Shown: positions 53,866-63,609 of the stretch, in pieces | Layout: each line of letters starts with the position of its first letter | How positions within the stretch are numbered: position 1 is the stretch's first letter | Assembly (NCBI GenBank): GCA_963702005.1 | Contig: OY969696.1 | Location: 2,368,001-2,432,000 of the forward strand | Direction: 5' to 3' | DNA: 64,000 bases | DNA from: Candidatus Aminicenantes bacterium | GTDB lineage: Bacteria > Acidobacteriota > Aminicenantia > Aminicenantales > JAFGBC01 | Made by a program: the position numbers and the translations under genes | The notes under the pieces: model-generated | What the model saw: only the letters and a program-made list of their open reading frames with translations | The model's database searches: none | Told to the model about the DNA's origin: nothing

Positions 53866-56193
53866 ATGAAGAAAACGACGCTCTTCCTGATCTTGTGGGG
53901 ACTTCCCCTGGTCCTGGCGGCCCAAAACGCCATCGACCGGATCGATGTCGTCGGCAATGAACGGGTCACCAAGGAAACGATCCTTTACTATCTCTCCCTC
54001 AAAGAAGGGGACTATTTCAACGAAGATATCTTCCGCCGGGACTTTCGGGTCCTGTGGTCGACGGGTTTTTTCGCCAACCTCAAGATGGAGGACGTGGACG
54101 CCCCGGGCGGCAAGATCGTCCGGATCACCGTCGAGGAAAATCCGGTCGTCAAGGCCGTGACTTTCAAGACGGGCAAGAAGGTCAAGGAAGACGACATCAT
54201 CAGCAAGCTCAAAGAGAAGGACGAGTATATCCTGGCCTATTCCTACTATAGCCCTTTCAAGGTCGAGAGGGCCCGCAAGACGATCCAGGACCTGCTGTCC
54301 GAGAAAGGCCTCCAGCTGGCCAAGATCGACGTCGCGACCGAGCATAAGGGGAAGAGCGAAGTCGAGGTCTTGTTCAGGATCGACGAAGGCCCCAAGGTCC
54401 GGGTCGGCGCCATCGACTTCGAGGGGGCGACCAAGCTTCCCCCCAGCTTCCTGCGTGAGGCCCTTAAGGACAACCAGCCCCATAACCTCCTGAGCTGGGT
54501 CGGCGGAAAGGACGTCTTCAAGCAGAACAAACTGGCCGAATGCGCCGACCTCATCAAGAAGAAGCTCCAGGAGAGCGGCTATATGGAGGCGACCGTCGGC
54601 GAGCCCAAGATCAGCGAGATGACCCGGCGGACCGTCCTGTTCAAGAAACAGACGATGATGCGGATCGTTTTTCCCGTCAACGCCGGCTACCCCTACCGGG
54701 TCGGCGAGGTCAAAGTCGACGGCAATAAGGCCCTCAGCGCCGCCTACATCCGGAGCCTGATCAAGCTCGACCCGGGCAGCCTGTACAGCACCAAGGTCCG
54801 CGAGAAGTCCATCAAGGACGTCCAGGAGCTCTATGCGAACGGCGGCTACCTCTACGCCCAAATTATCCCGGTCGAAAGCCTCGACCCCAAGCGGAAGGTC
54901 GTCAACGTGACCTTCAACGTCGCCGAGGGAGAGGTCGTCACCCTCAGCCGCCTCGAGTTCCGCGGCAACATCTTCACCAAGGACAAGGTCATCCGGCGAG
55001 AAATGCTCCTCCGGGAAGGGGACCGCTTCAGCCTGGCCATGTTCAAGGACAGCGTCCTGCGGATCAAGCAGCTCGGGCTGGTCGACCTCGAGAAGGAGCC
55101 CGACCTCAAGCCCGATCCCGAGGACCCGACCAAGATGAACGTCACGGTCAACGTCAAGGAGCTCCAGCGCAACAACATTCAGTTCACGGCCGGCTACAGC
55201 GGCTACGAGGGAACCTTCGTCGCCCTGAGCTATTCGACGGTCAACTTTCTGGGCGCGGGCGAGAACCTGGAACTCATGCTCCAGTACGGAAAGCGGATCA
55301 AGAACTACTCGTTCGGATTCACCGAGCCCTACATCTTCGACCGGCCGATCAGCGTCGGCTTCAATATCTATGACCGCTACATGATCATTCCCTACCTTTA
55401 CGACCGGAAGGGGAAGGGGATCGACCTGACCTTGGGCGCCCGCCTGTTCGGATACTGGCGAAGCAGCCTGACCTACGGCTTCGAATACGTCAACATCTCG
55501 GCGCCCTCTGTGACCTCGGGCTACCCCAGCGACTATTCCTACTATGATCCGACCTACTACAGTAGTATGTACGGGTTGGGGAACTATAATGTCAGCAGCA
55601 TCGAGCCGACCCTGTACCGGACGACGATCGACAGCCCCTTGACGCCGACCCGGGGGACGATGTACCTGATCGGCCTCCGCTACGCGGGGACCTTCCTGGG
55701 GGGCGAGATCGACCTCGTCAAGCCCCACGTCGAATGGTCGTTCTACCATCCTCTCATCGGCCATAACGTCGTCGGCTTCCATGTCGACTACCAGTTCGTC
55801 CGGAAGATCGGCCATTCCGATATTCCTTTCTGGGAGCGGTTCTACTTGGGCGGCGAGCGGTCCATCCGAGGCTACGATATCTACACGATCGGGCCCCGGA
55901 CCTCCTCGGGAACCCTGATGGGCGGCCTGACCTCCTTCATCTTCAACGCCGAGTATATCATTCCCGTCGGCGGACCCCTGTACGCCATCTTCTTCTACGA
56001 TGCCGGGAACGCCTGGGCGCACAGCCAAGTCCTCAACCTCAAGGACCTCTACGCCTCGGCCGGCATCGAGGCCAGGGTTTTCGTGCCCGCCCTCCGCGTT
56101 CCCTTCCGGCTCATCTTCGCCTACAACTCGCGCAAGATCTACCCCGACGATCCGAGCTTCGCCTTCCGGTTCGCCGTGGGAACGACGTTTTAG
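53866..56193 (+). CDS. bamA: outer membrane protein assembly factor BamA
   Basis: POTRA repeats (GN.RV, GN.FTKDKVIRRE), FYLGG..SIRGY and C-terminal GTTF. Confidence 0.95.
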   Translation: MKKTTLFLILWGLPLVLAAQNAIDRIDVVGNERVTKETILYYLSLKEGDYFNEDIFRRDFRVLWSTGFFANLKMEDVDAPGGKIVRITVEENPVVKAVTFKTGKKVKEDDIISKLKEKDEYILAYSYYSPFKVERARKTIQDLLSEKGLQLAKIDVATEHKGKSEVEVLFRIDEGPKVRVGAIDFEGATKLPPSFLREALKDNQPHNLLSWVGGKDVFKQNKLAECADLIKKKLQESGYMEATVGEPKISEMTRRTVLFKKQTMMRIVFPVNAGYPYRVGEVKVDGNKALSAAYIRSLIKLDPGSLYSTKVREKSIKDVQELYANGGYLYAQIIPVESLDPKRKVVNVTFNVAEGEVVTLSRLEFRGNIFTKDKVIRREMLLREGDRFSLAMFKDSVLRIKQLGLVDLEKEPDLKPDPEDPTKMNVTVNVKELQRNNIQFTAGYSGYEGTFVALSYSTVNFLGAGENLELMLQYGKRIKNYSFGFTEPYIFDRPISVGFNIYDRYMIIPYLYDRKGKGIDLTLGARLFGYWRSSLTYGFEYVNISAPSVTSGYPSDYSYYDPTYYSSMYGLGNYNVSSIEPTLYRTTIDSPLTPTRGTMYLIGLRYAGTFLGGEIDLVKPHVEWSFYHPLIGHNVVGFHVDYQFVRKIGHSDIPFWERFYLGGERSIRGYDIYTIGPRTSSGTLMGGLTSFIFNAEYIIPVGGPLYAIFFYDAGNAWAHSQVLNLKDLYASAGIEARVFVPALRVPFRLIFAYNSRKIYPDDPSFAFRFAVGTTF

Positions 56194-56239
56194 ACGGACA
56201 TCACCTTGGTGTGAACATAGTGACTTAGGAGGTTCAACG

Positions 56240-56779
56240 ATGAAACGCGCAACTCGTATCCTGACGCTCGTCCTGATGGGGATAGTCCTGGCCGCCGCCG
56301 GCTACGCCCAGCAGGCCGCCAAGATCGGCGTCGTCAACTCCCAGGACGTCCTGGAAAAATCGACCGAAGGCAAGAAGGTTATCGCCCGGCTCCAGGAGAA
56401 GGACAAACAGACCCAAGCCTCCCTGGCCAAGCTTGACGACGACATCCGCCAGCTCGAGACCAAGCTCAACACCCAGCGTTTGACCCTGACCGATGAGGCC
56501 GTTCTCCAGATGACATCCGACCTCGACAAGAAGCGCACGGACCGCAAGCGCGTCGGCGAGGACTCGACCCGCGAGCTCCAGGAGCTCCAGTACCGGCTGT
56601 TTAACAAGGTTCAGAGCGAACTCCTGTCCATCATCGAGGGGATCGGCCGGGAGAAGAACCTCGACATCATCTTGGACCTGGCCAAGAGCGGGGCCGTTTA
56701 TTTCAGCCCCGCCATCAGCATCACCGACGAGGTCATCCGGCGCTACGACGCGTCCAAGGCGACCCCTCCCGCCAAGTGA
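56240..56779 (+). CDS. skp: OmpH/Skp periplasmic chaperone
   Basis: Signal peptide, KIGVVN, coiled coil and IT.EVI; follows bamA; AGGAGG RBS. Confidence 0.88.
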   Translation: MKRATRILTLVLMGIVLAAAGYAQQAAKIGVVNSQDVLEKSTEGKKVIARLQEKDKQTQASLAKLDDDIRQLETKLNTQRLTLTDEAVLQMTSDLDKKRTDRKRVGEDSTRELQELQYRLFNKVQSELLSIIEGIGREKNLDIILDLAKSGAVYFSPAISITDEVIRRYDASKATPPAK

Positions 56780-56810
56780 GCGGGCCGGCCGCGAGAGCCG
56801 CATCAGGGCG

Positions 56811-57260
56811 ATGGATATTCAACAGATCCTTAAGTTTCTGCCCCACCGCTATCCCTTTCTTCTCGTCGACCGGGTCCTGGACGTCCAGGCGGGGCGGTCC
56901 ATCATCGCCGTCAAGAACGTCACCTACAATGAAGCCTTCTTCCAAGGCCATTTCCCGGAGTTTAAGGTCATGCCCGGCGTCCTCATCATCGAGGCCATCG
57001 CCCAAGCCGGCGGGATCCTTCTCTTCCATTCGATCCCCGATCCCCAGACCAAGCTCGTCCTCCTCTCCAAGATCGACAAAGCCAAGTTCCGGCGGACCGT
57101 CGTCCCGGGAGATCAGCTTCGGCTCGAGGCCGAAATCATCAAGCTCAAGAGCCGTTTCTGCCATCTCAGGGGGAGGGCCCTGGTTGATGGGGATATCGCC
57201 GTAGAGGGCGAGATCATGGCCTTCGTCGTCGACGCCGAGGAGATGAATGCCTCCAAGTGA
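56811..57260 (+). CDS. fabZ: 3-hydroxyacyl-ACP dehydratase
   Basis: LPHRYPFLLVDR, FFQGHFP and MPGVL..EA.AQ. Confidence 0.95.
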   Translation: MDIQQILKFLPHRYPFLLVDRVLDVQAGRSIIAVKNVTYNEAFFQGHFPEFKVMPGVLIIEAIAQAGGILLFHSIPDPQTKLVLLSKIDKAKFRRTVVPGDQLRLEAEIIKLKSRFCHLRGRALVDGDIAVEGEIMAFVVDAEEMNASK

Positions 57261-58071
57261 GGTCGTCGTTCATCCTTCGGCGGTCGTCCGGCCGGGCGCC
57301 CGCCTGGACGAGGGGGTTTTCGTCGGCCCCGGCTGCCTGGTCGGCCCAGACGTCACCATCCTCAAGGAGACCAGGCTCGAGGGCCATATCGTCGTCACCG
57401 GCCGGACCGTCGTCGGCGCCCGCTGCCGGTTCTCACCCTTCGCGGTCATCGGCACCGAGCCCCAGGACGTCGGCTACCGGGAGGAGGCCACCGAAGTCAC
57501 GATCGGCGACGACAACATCTTCCGGGAATTCGTGACGGTCCACCGCGGGACGATCAAGGGCGGCGGGCGGACGACCATCGGGAACGGCAACTATTTCATG
57601 GATTATGCCCATGTCGGCCATGACTGCCGGATCGGGAACGAATGCGTGTTCATCAACAACGCGACCCTGGCCGGCCACGTGACCGTGGACGATTTCGTCA
57701 CCATGAGCGGTTTCACCGGCGTTCACCAGTTTTGCCGGATCGGACGCTACGCCTTTTTGGGCGGGGACACGATCGTCACTCAAGATGTCGTGCCCTTCAG
57801 CCGCGTCGTCGGGAGCCGGCCGGCCCGGCTTTACGGCCTCAACGTCGTCGGGCTCAGACGGCGCGGCCTGTCGGCCGAGCGTCGGAACGCCCTCAAGTCC
57901 ATGTTCAAGCTCCTGTTCTATTCGGGCCTGAGCACGCCCCAGGCCCTGGAAGGGATCCGGAGCCAATTCCCGCCGGGCGAGGACCGGGACCTGCTCCTGG
58001 ACTTCATCGCGACGTCCAAGAGAGGTATCCTGAAAAAAACGGCGGAAGCATGGGAAGACGAATCGGACTAG
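57247..58071 (+). CDS. lpxA: UDP-N-acetylglucosamine O/N-acyltransferase
   Basis: Hexapeptide repeats, EPQD, REFVTVHRGT, HVGHDC, LAGHV, HQF and GLN.VGL.RRG. Confidence 0.93.
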   Translation: MPPSEVVVHPSAVVRPGARLDEGVFVGPGCLVGPDVTILKETRLEGHIVVTGRTVVGARCRFSPFAVIGTEPQDVGYREEATEVTIGDDNIFREFVTVHRGTIKGGGRTTIGNGNYFMDYAHVGHDCRIGNECVFINNATLAGHVTVDDFVTMSGFTGVHQFCRIGRYAFLGGDTIVTQDVVPFSRVVGSRPARLYGLNVVGLRRRGLSAERRNALKSMFKLLFYSGLSTPQALEGIRSQFPPGEDRDLLLDFIATSKRGILKKTAEAWEDESD

Positions 58072-58859
58072 TTGCCGGTTCCGGCGCCATCCCCCGTTTT
58101 GTCCTGGAGGACGCCCGCGCCCGTGGCTGGAGCGCGGCCGTGGCCGCCGTCCGGGGCGAGGCCGATCCCGGCCTGGCCGAGCTGGCCGACGCCTTCGAAT
58201 GGATCGGTCCTTGGGACGTCGCCGGGCTCGTCGGCTTTTTCCGGCGGGCTCGAGTCGGGACGGTCTTCTTGGTCGGAAAGGTCGGCCCGCGGACGGCGCT
58301 GGAGAGCGCGGGGGCCGAGGCCGCCTTTCTCGAGCTGCTGGCCAAGGCCGGCGACCGGACGCCCGGTGCGCTTCTCCGCGTCCTCATCGACCATCTGGCC
58401 GGCCAGGGACTCGTTGTCGAGGATCCCGGCGTCTTTTTCGAACGGTTCCTGTGCCCGGCCGGAGTCCTGACCGGGACCGAACCTGTCCCGGCCGTCCTCG
58501 AGGATATCGGATTCGGCTGGCCGCTCGTCAAGAGGATCGCGGATGAAGAGATCGGCCAGACCCTCGTCGTCAAGGAGAGGGCGGTCGTAGCCGTCGAAGG
58601 CATGGAGGGAACGGACCGGGCCATCCTTCGCGCCAGCCATCTCGCCGGCGGCGGGACCGTCGTCCTCAAAGCCGGCCGCCGGCGTCAGGACCCGCGGATC
58701 GACCTCCCGGCCGTCGGGATCGGGACCGTCCGCAGCCTGGTCGAAGCCCGGGCGGCGGCCCTCTGCATCGAGGCGGAGGCCGTCCCCTTCTTCCAGAAGG
58801 AAGAGGCGCTGGCCCTGGCCGACGCCAACGGGATCGCGGTCTTGGCCCGGACAGGCTGA
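58050..58859 (+). CDS. lpxI: UDP-2,3-diacylglucosamine pyrophosphatase LpxI
   Basis: IGLVAGSG..P, IGQT.VV, AVEGMEGTD and QD.R.DLP.VG. Confidence 0.88.
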   Translation: MGRRIGLVAGSGAIPRFVLEDARARGWSAAVAAVRGEADPGLAELADAFEWIGPWDVAGLVGFFRRARVGTVFLVGKVGPRTALESAGAEAAFLELLAKAGDRTPGALLRVLIDHLAGQGLVVEDPGVFFERFLCPAGVLTGTEPVPAVLEDIGFGWPLVKRIADEEIGQTLVVKERAVVAVEGMEGTDRAILRASHLAGGGTVVLKAGRRRQDPRIDLPAVGIGTVRSLVEARAAALCIEAEAVPFFQKEEALALADANGIAVLARTG

Positions 58860-58886
58860 GGAACGCCGTCGCAAGGAGCGAAGCGA

Positions 58887-59801
58887 ATGGAGAAGGTCAA
58901 AGTCGGGATCATCGGCGTCGGATACTTGGGGACCCAGCATGCCCGCATCCTGTCCTATCTCGAGGAGGCGGAGCTCAAGGCCGTTGCCGATATCAATTTC
59001 CGGAAGGCCCTCGAAATCGGCAACCGCCACGGCGTCCAGTATTACCAGAATTACCAGGAAATGATCGACGACATCGACGCGGCCGTCGTCGCGACGCCGA
59101 CCGTCGAGCACTTCGCGATCTCGATGGACCTCCTCGAGCGGGGCAAATCGGTCCTGGTCGAGAAGCCGATCACGGCGACCGTTGAAGAGGGCGAGCGCCT
59201 CGTCGAGACGGCCGCCCGGAAAGGCCTCATCCTCCAGGTCGGCCATCTCGAGCGCTTCAACCCGGCCGTTGAGGCCGTCGAGAACCTCATCACCGACCCC
59301 AAATTCATCGAGGTCCAGCGGCTGGGGTCCTTTTCGGCCCGCTCCCTCGACATCGATGTCGTCCTCGACCTGATGATCCACGATCTCGACATCATCCTGG
59401 CTCTCATCAAGGACGAGGTCGTCGGAATCAAATCCTCGGGGATCCACGTCCTCTCGGAGAAAATCGACATCGCCAACGCCCGGATCGAATTCAAATCGGG
59501 CTGCGTGGCGACTTTGACGGCGAGCCGCGTCCACCAGGGCAAGGTCCGCAAACTCCGTATTTTCGAGCCGACTTCCTACTACTCGATCGATTACATCGAC
59601 CAGGAGGTCAAGGTCTTTCCCCTCCACGGCCGCCAGACGGACATCAAGACCCTGAAAATCCAGAAGGAGGAGCCTCTCAAGAAGGAGCTCAAGAACTTCC
59701 TGGACAGCGTCCGGACGGGCAACACGAACAAGGTGACGGGCGAGGAAGGGCTGCGGGCCCTTCGGCTCGCCTACGGCGTCCTTCGCGAAGCCGAGATCTG
59801 A
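58887..59801 (+). CDS. Gfo/Idh/MocA oxidoreductase, GnnA-like UDP-GlcNAc 3-dehydrogenase
   Basis: GVGYLG..HAR, VEKPI, QVGHLERFNPA, DVVLDLMIHDLD and TASR; located directly after lpxA-lpxI. Confidence 0.8.
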   Translation: MEKVKVGIIGVGYLGTQHARILSYLEEAELKAVADINFRKALEIGNRHGVQYYQNYQEMIDDIDAAVVATPTVEHFAISMDLLERGKSVLVEKPITATVEEGERLVETAARKGLILQVGHLERFNPAVEAVENLITDPKFIEVQRLGSFSARSLDIDVVLDLMIHDLDIILALIKDEVVGIKSSGIHVLSEKIDIANARIEFKSGCVATLTASRVHQGKVRKLRIFEPTSYYSIDYIDQEVKVFPLHGRQTDIKTLKIQKEEPLKKELKNFLDSVRTGNTNKVTGEEGLRALRLAYGVLREAEI

Positions 59802-59805
59802 GAGC

Positions 59806-61239
59806 CTAGCGGGCGACTTTAATCAAGCGGCCCGCTTCGGGCGTCGCCGAGAGGTCCCTCCCGTTCAGGATGGCGAAACGGGGCCAGAGGTCCTTGGTTA
59901 CGGTCTCGCTCTGGAGCAGCGATTCGAGAGTCCGGCGTCCGTCGGCCCGGATGATCCGAAGCCGAAGGGGCTTGCGGTCGAGGTGGGCCCGGTCGCGCAG
60001 GACGCCGAAGGACCGGACGATCCGTCCGAATTCCGGCTCGAAGCGACCGAAGTCGGCGGCCGTCGAGACGGCCCCGCAAAAGAATATCGTGGCGTCCTTG
60101 CGGATATAAGAAAGCCGGGCCTTGAGCGGTTGCTGGTTCTCCTGCTCCTGTCCGGGAAGATCGACCGTTTGGTGGTAGGAGGCGAGGCCGTTGATAAAAA
60201 AGCTCTGGTCTTGGATAAGCCGTCCTCCCTTGATCCCGGCCAGCTTCTTTTGGGCGTAGGCGGGAAGGGCCTCGCCGCTTTGCTCGGACTGGAGCCAAAA
60301 GGCCCCGTCCCCCTTCGGCGAGCTCAGGATGACCCGGGCGGCCGTGTTCTGGACCTTCCATCCGGTCGGGAACTGGAAGCTGAACTCCATCCCGGGATGG
60401 TAGAAGGCGTTGCCTTCGACGTATCCTTGGCGCGGATCTTCGCCGTAGACGAGGTCGTCGATCCGCTTAAGGTAGAGGTCCCGTCGAATCCAGCGGCGGT
60501 CATCGTCGGCAATGAGTAGAGCCCTGACGTTTTGGATTCTCTCCTTGGTCAGAGGATGGGTCGACAGGAAGCCGGGCAGGGGACGCTGGCCCGACAAATC
60601 GCCCATCCGCTGCAGGGCCTCGAAAAAGACGGCCATTTCGGCCGGATTGTAGCCCGTGCTCCGCTCGTATTCGACGCCGAGAGCGTCAGCCTGACGTTCG
60701 TCGTCGCGGCTGAACTTGAGGAACAGGAGCTGGGCGCCGACGCCGACGATCCCGGCGACCTTGGCGAAGTCTTTGCTCAGGGCGCTTCCCAAGCCGAGCC
60801 CGAGCTGGACGAGCATGATCTGGCTCATCTGGCGGACGCTGTGGCGGGCGCTGATGTGGCCTAGCTCATGCCCCAGGACGGCGGCCAGCTCCGCTTCGGA
60901 CCCGGCCAGGGCCAGGATCCCCCGCGTCACGTAGACATAGCCGCCCGGGGCGGCGAAGGCGTTGATGACGGGGTCGTCGATGATGGCGAAATGGTAGGCG
61001 AGTTGGGGCCGGTGGGTGTGGGGGACGAGGGCGCGGCCGACCTCGTCGAGGTAGCTCTCCAAGGCCGGGTCCCGGTAGATCCCGTATTGTCCGCGTATAT
61101 CCGCGTCCGTGGCCTTCCCCAGCTCGATCTCTTGGCTCTCCGAGATCAAGCTCAGCTCGCGCTTGCCCGTGACGGGATTGATGGCGCAGGCGACGAGGAC
61201 GGCCAGACATACGACCAGAATCCAGAAGGACCTTCTCAT
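59806..61239 (-). CDS. M48-family metalloprotease lipoprotein
   Basis: Lipobox LVAC, NPVTG, NAFA.PGG, HELGH, E.QAD and STHP. Confidence 0.9.
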   Translation of the reverse strand: MRRSFWILVVCLAVLVACAINPVTGKRELSLISESQEIELGKATDADIRGQYGIYRDPALESYLDEVGRALVPHTHRPQLAYHFAIIDDPVINAFAAPGGYVYVTRGILALAGSEAELAAVLGHELGHISARHSVRQMSQIMLVQLGLGLGSALSKDFAKVAGIVGVGAQLLFLKFSRDDERQADALGVEYERSTGYNPAEMAVFFEALQRMGDLSGQRPLPGFLSTHPLTKERIQNVRALLIADDDRRWIRRDLYLKRIDDLVYGEDPRQGYVEGNAFYHPGMEFSFQFPTGWKVQNTAARVILSSPKGDGAFWLQSEQSGEALPAYAQKKLAGIKGGRLIQDQSFFINGLASYHQTVDLPGQEQENQQPLKARLSYIRKDATIFFCGAVSTAADFGRFEPEFGRIVRSFGVLRDRAHLDRKPLRLRIIRADGRRTLESLLQSETVTKDLWPRFAILNGRDLSATPEAGRLIKVAR

Positions 61240-61313
61240 CCTAATCCCTCCAATAAAGAATCCCCGGGCGGCGGGCTCCGGGGATTCGAAGATTCAGGCC
61301 GGCCTTCGGGCCG

Positions 61314-62045
61314 TTATTTCGTCATCTTGAAGAAGGAATCCTCGAGGCCCGAGTTGTAGGTGACCTTGGTCACGGTCATCTTCATAAACTCCTGGCCGTC
61401 CTGGTAGATCGTGATGGAATGAGGGACCGGGACCCCCTCGACCGTCTTGTAATCGGAGAGGGTCGTTTCGGACTGGACTTCGACCCCCATTTGATTGAGG
61501 GCCTTGGTCCGGGTCTTGTAGGGCAGGTAGGTGTCCTTGTCGAGAAGCAGCGTGTTCTTGTTGCCGTCCTTGAAGCTCTGCTCGAGGACGATGCAGTCTT
61601 TGTCGTCAACCTTCTCCGTCCCCTTGAGCTCATAGGTGATGCCGTATTTCTCGGGATGGAGGAGGGTGTCGTTGCCGTAGGCCTGCCGCTTGAGCTCCTG
61701 AGCCTGGGCGTCGGGGAGCTCCTCGCTGGCGCCCGTCTGCGGATTGACCCACCAGCCCTTCTCGCCGTCATAGGCCTGGGTGATGACCATGCCCATGACC
61801 TCGATGTCCATCCGCATCATGGTGGGCTCTTTCTGGTACATGGTGATGGATCCGTTCATGCCCATCTGGATCATCTCCATGGTCCCGGTCATGGTCGAAT
61901 CCTTGATGGCGGCCAGGGTTTTCTCGCCGCCGTCGGCCTCGATCATTTTCTTGAGGACGTCCTGGGCCGTCTGGCTCCAGAGGGAGCCGGTGACCGTCGT
62001 CGCCAGGACGAGCAGGGCCAGGATAATAGTTGCGCGCTTTCTCAT
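61314..62045 (-). CDS. secreted LolA-like/outer-membrane lipoprotein-sorting family protein
   Basis: Signal peptide; A.GG, YDG.KGW, DYK.V.G..VPH and N.GL.D.FF pattern; AGGAGG RBS. Confidence 0.6.
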   Translation of the reverse strand: MRKRATIILALLVLATTVTGSLWSQTAQDVLKKMIEADGGEKTLAAIKDSTMTGTMEMIQMGMNGSITMYQKEPTMMRMDIEVMGMVITQAYDGEKGWWVNPQTGASEELPDAQAQELKRQAYGNDTLLHPEKYGITYELKGTEKVDDKDCIVLEQSFKDGNKNTLLLDKDTYLPYKTRTKALNQMGVEVQSETTLSDYKTVEGVPVPHSITIYQDGQEFMKMTVTKVTYNSGLEDSFFKMTK

Positions 62046-62178
62046 CTTTGCCTCCTATAGAAGTTCGGATTGACGCGATGTCGCATTTTAATACGAATAT
62101 TGTATCTAAAAGTTAAGGATTTTCCAAGGCCGGACCCGGGTTGATTTCGGGCCGGGCTTCGGGTAAAAGGTAAGTGCC

Positions 62179-63522
62179 ATGGCTTCCGGATATCGGGTTC
62201 TCGAACGGCGCCTGGGCCCCTTCGACGCCGCCATGATCGTGAGCGGGGCCATCATCGGATCCGGCATCTTCATGAATTCGGCCGAGAGCGCCAAGTTCCT
62301 CCAATCCTCCTCCCAGCTCCTGTTCGTTTGGGCCGTGGGCGGCCTCGTCGCGTTCCTGGGCGCCCTCTGCTTCGCCGAGCTCGGCGCCCTCTACCCGCGG
62401 ACCGGAGGCCAGTACGTCTATCTTGAGAAGGCCTTCGCTCCCTGGCTCGGGTATTTATTCGGCTGGACCCTATTCAGCACGATCCAGACCGGGGCGATCG
62501 CCGCCGTCTCCACGACCTGCGCCCGGTTCATCGGCGTCTTCATCCCCATGACCGGCTGGCGGACGAGCCTCCTGGCCGTGGGCATCATCTGGCTTCTCTC
62601 CTTCGTCAACATCGTGGGGATCCGTCCCGGAAGCGTCGTCCAGAATGTCTTCACCGGCCTCAAGATCGCGGCCTTGGCAGCGCTCATCCTGATCGGCCTG
62701 GCCTGGTTCCGTCCTCCGGTTTTTCATCCCGGCCCGCTGTTTCCGGGCGGACTGACCTTTCGGGTCCTGAGCGCCTTCGGGCTGGCCCTGATGCCGGCCC
62801 TTTTCTCCTACGGCGGCTGGCAGAATCTCAACTTCGTAGCGGGCGAGGTCAAAAAGCCCGAGCGGACGCTTCCCTTCGCCATCGTGTCCGGCGTTTGTCT
62901 GGTCATCGCCGTCTATGTCCTGGCCAACGTCGTCTACGTCAAGGCCTTGCCGCTGGGCGCAATCCAGGGCTCGACCAAGCCCGCCTCCGACGCCGTCCAA
63001 GCCATGGTCGGAAGCCGGGGAGCCATGTTCGTGGCCTTGGCCGTCATCGTCTCGACCTTCGGGATCACCAACGTCTTCATCATGACCGGTCCGCGCGTCT
63101 ACTATACGATGGCCAAGGAGCGCGCTTTCCTGCCGTTCGCGGGCCGGCTCGATCCCCGCTTCGGGACGCCCGCCCTGTCGATCGTCCTCCAGTCCCTCTG
63201 GGCGACGATTCTGCTCTTCAGCAACACCTACGGCCAGCTCCTCCAGTATGTGACCTTCGGGGACTGGATCTTCTTCGGCCTGACTGCGCTCGCCCTGATC
63301 GTCCTTCGGCGCAAAATACCCGACGCTCCGCGGCCCTACCGGACCTGGGGATATCCGATCGTCCCGGCCCTATTCGGCCTGATCTCGGCCGCCGTCGTCG
63401 TCAACGTTTTTATCTCCTCTCCCGGCAAGTCCCTGGCCGGGACCGCCATCATCCTGGGGGGGCTTCCCCTGTTCTGGTTGGTCCGGAGGCAACGGATAAA
63501 GGAGTCCTCCGATGCGCTTTAG
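62179..63522 (+). CDS. APC-family amino acid permease
   Basis: IIGSGIF, GGQYVYL, FSYGGWQ, GEVKKP and RPYRTWGYP. Confidence 0.9.
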   Translation: MASGYRVLERRLGPFDAAMIVSGAIIGSGIFMNSAESAKFLQSSSQLLFVWAVGGLVAFLGALCFAELGALYPRTGGQYVYLEKAFAPWLGYLFGWTLFSTIQTGAIAAVSTTCARFIGVFIPMTGWRTSLLAVGIIWLLSFVNIVGIRPGSVVQNVFTGLKIAALAALILIGLAWFRPPVFHPGPLFPGGLTFRVLSAFGLALMPALFSYGGWQNLNFVAGEVKKPERTLPFAIVSGVCLVIAVYVLANVVYVKALPLGAIQGSTKPASDAVQAMVGSRGAMFVALAVIVSTFGITNVFIMTGPRVYYTMAKERAFLPFAGRLDPRFGTPALSIVLQSLWATILLFSNTYGQLLQYVTFGDWIFFGLTALALIVLRRKIPDAPRPYRTWGYPIVPALFGLISAAVVVNVFISSPGKSLAGTAIILGGLPLFWLVRRQRIKESSDAL

Positions 63523-63595
63523 TCCCCTCGAATACATCGAGTTCTCCAAACTCCGGAGCCAAGCCAGAATCGCCCTGGCCCGGAGCGGCGTTCCA
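63512..63595 (+). pseudogene. N-terminal remnant of a probable PLP-dependent aminotransferase
   Basis: AAGGAG RBS and ATG overlapping the permease end. MRFSPLEYIEFSKLRSQARIALARSGV resembles the Y..WAK......L..SGV start of class I/II aminotransferases; the frame then runs antisense to the next gene and stops at 63676. Confidence 0.5.
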
Positions 63596-63609
63596 GGCGG
63601 GAATCGGCC

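Noticed and set aside
48188-59627. Very long antisense ORFs (724, 459, 741 and 519 aa)
   Set aside because: Mirror frames of well-supported genes, expected with strong GC3 bias; no motifs.
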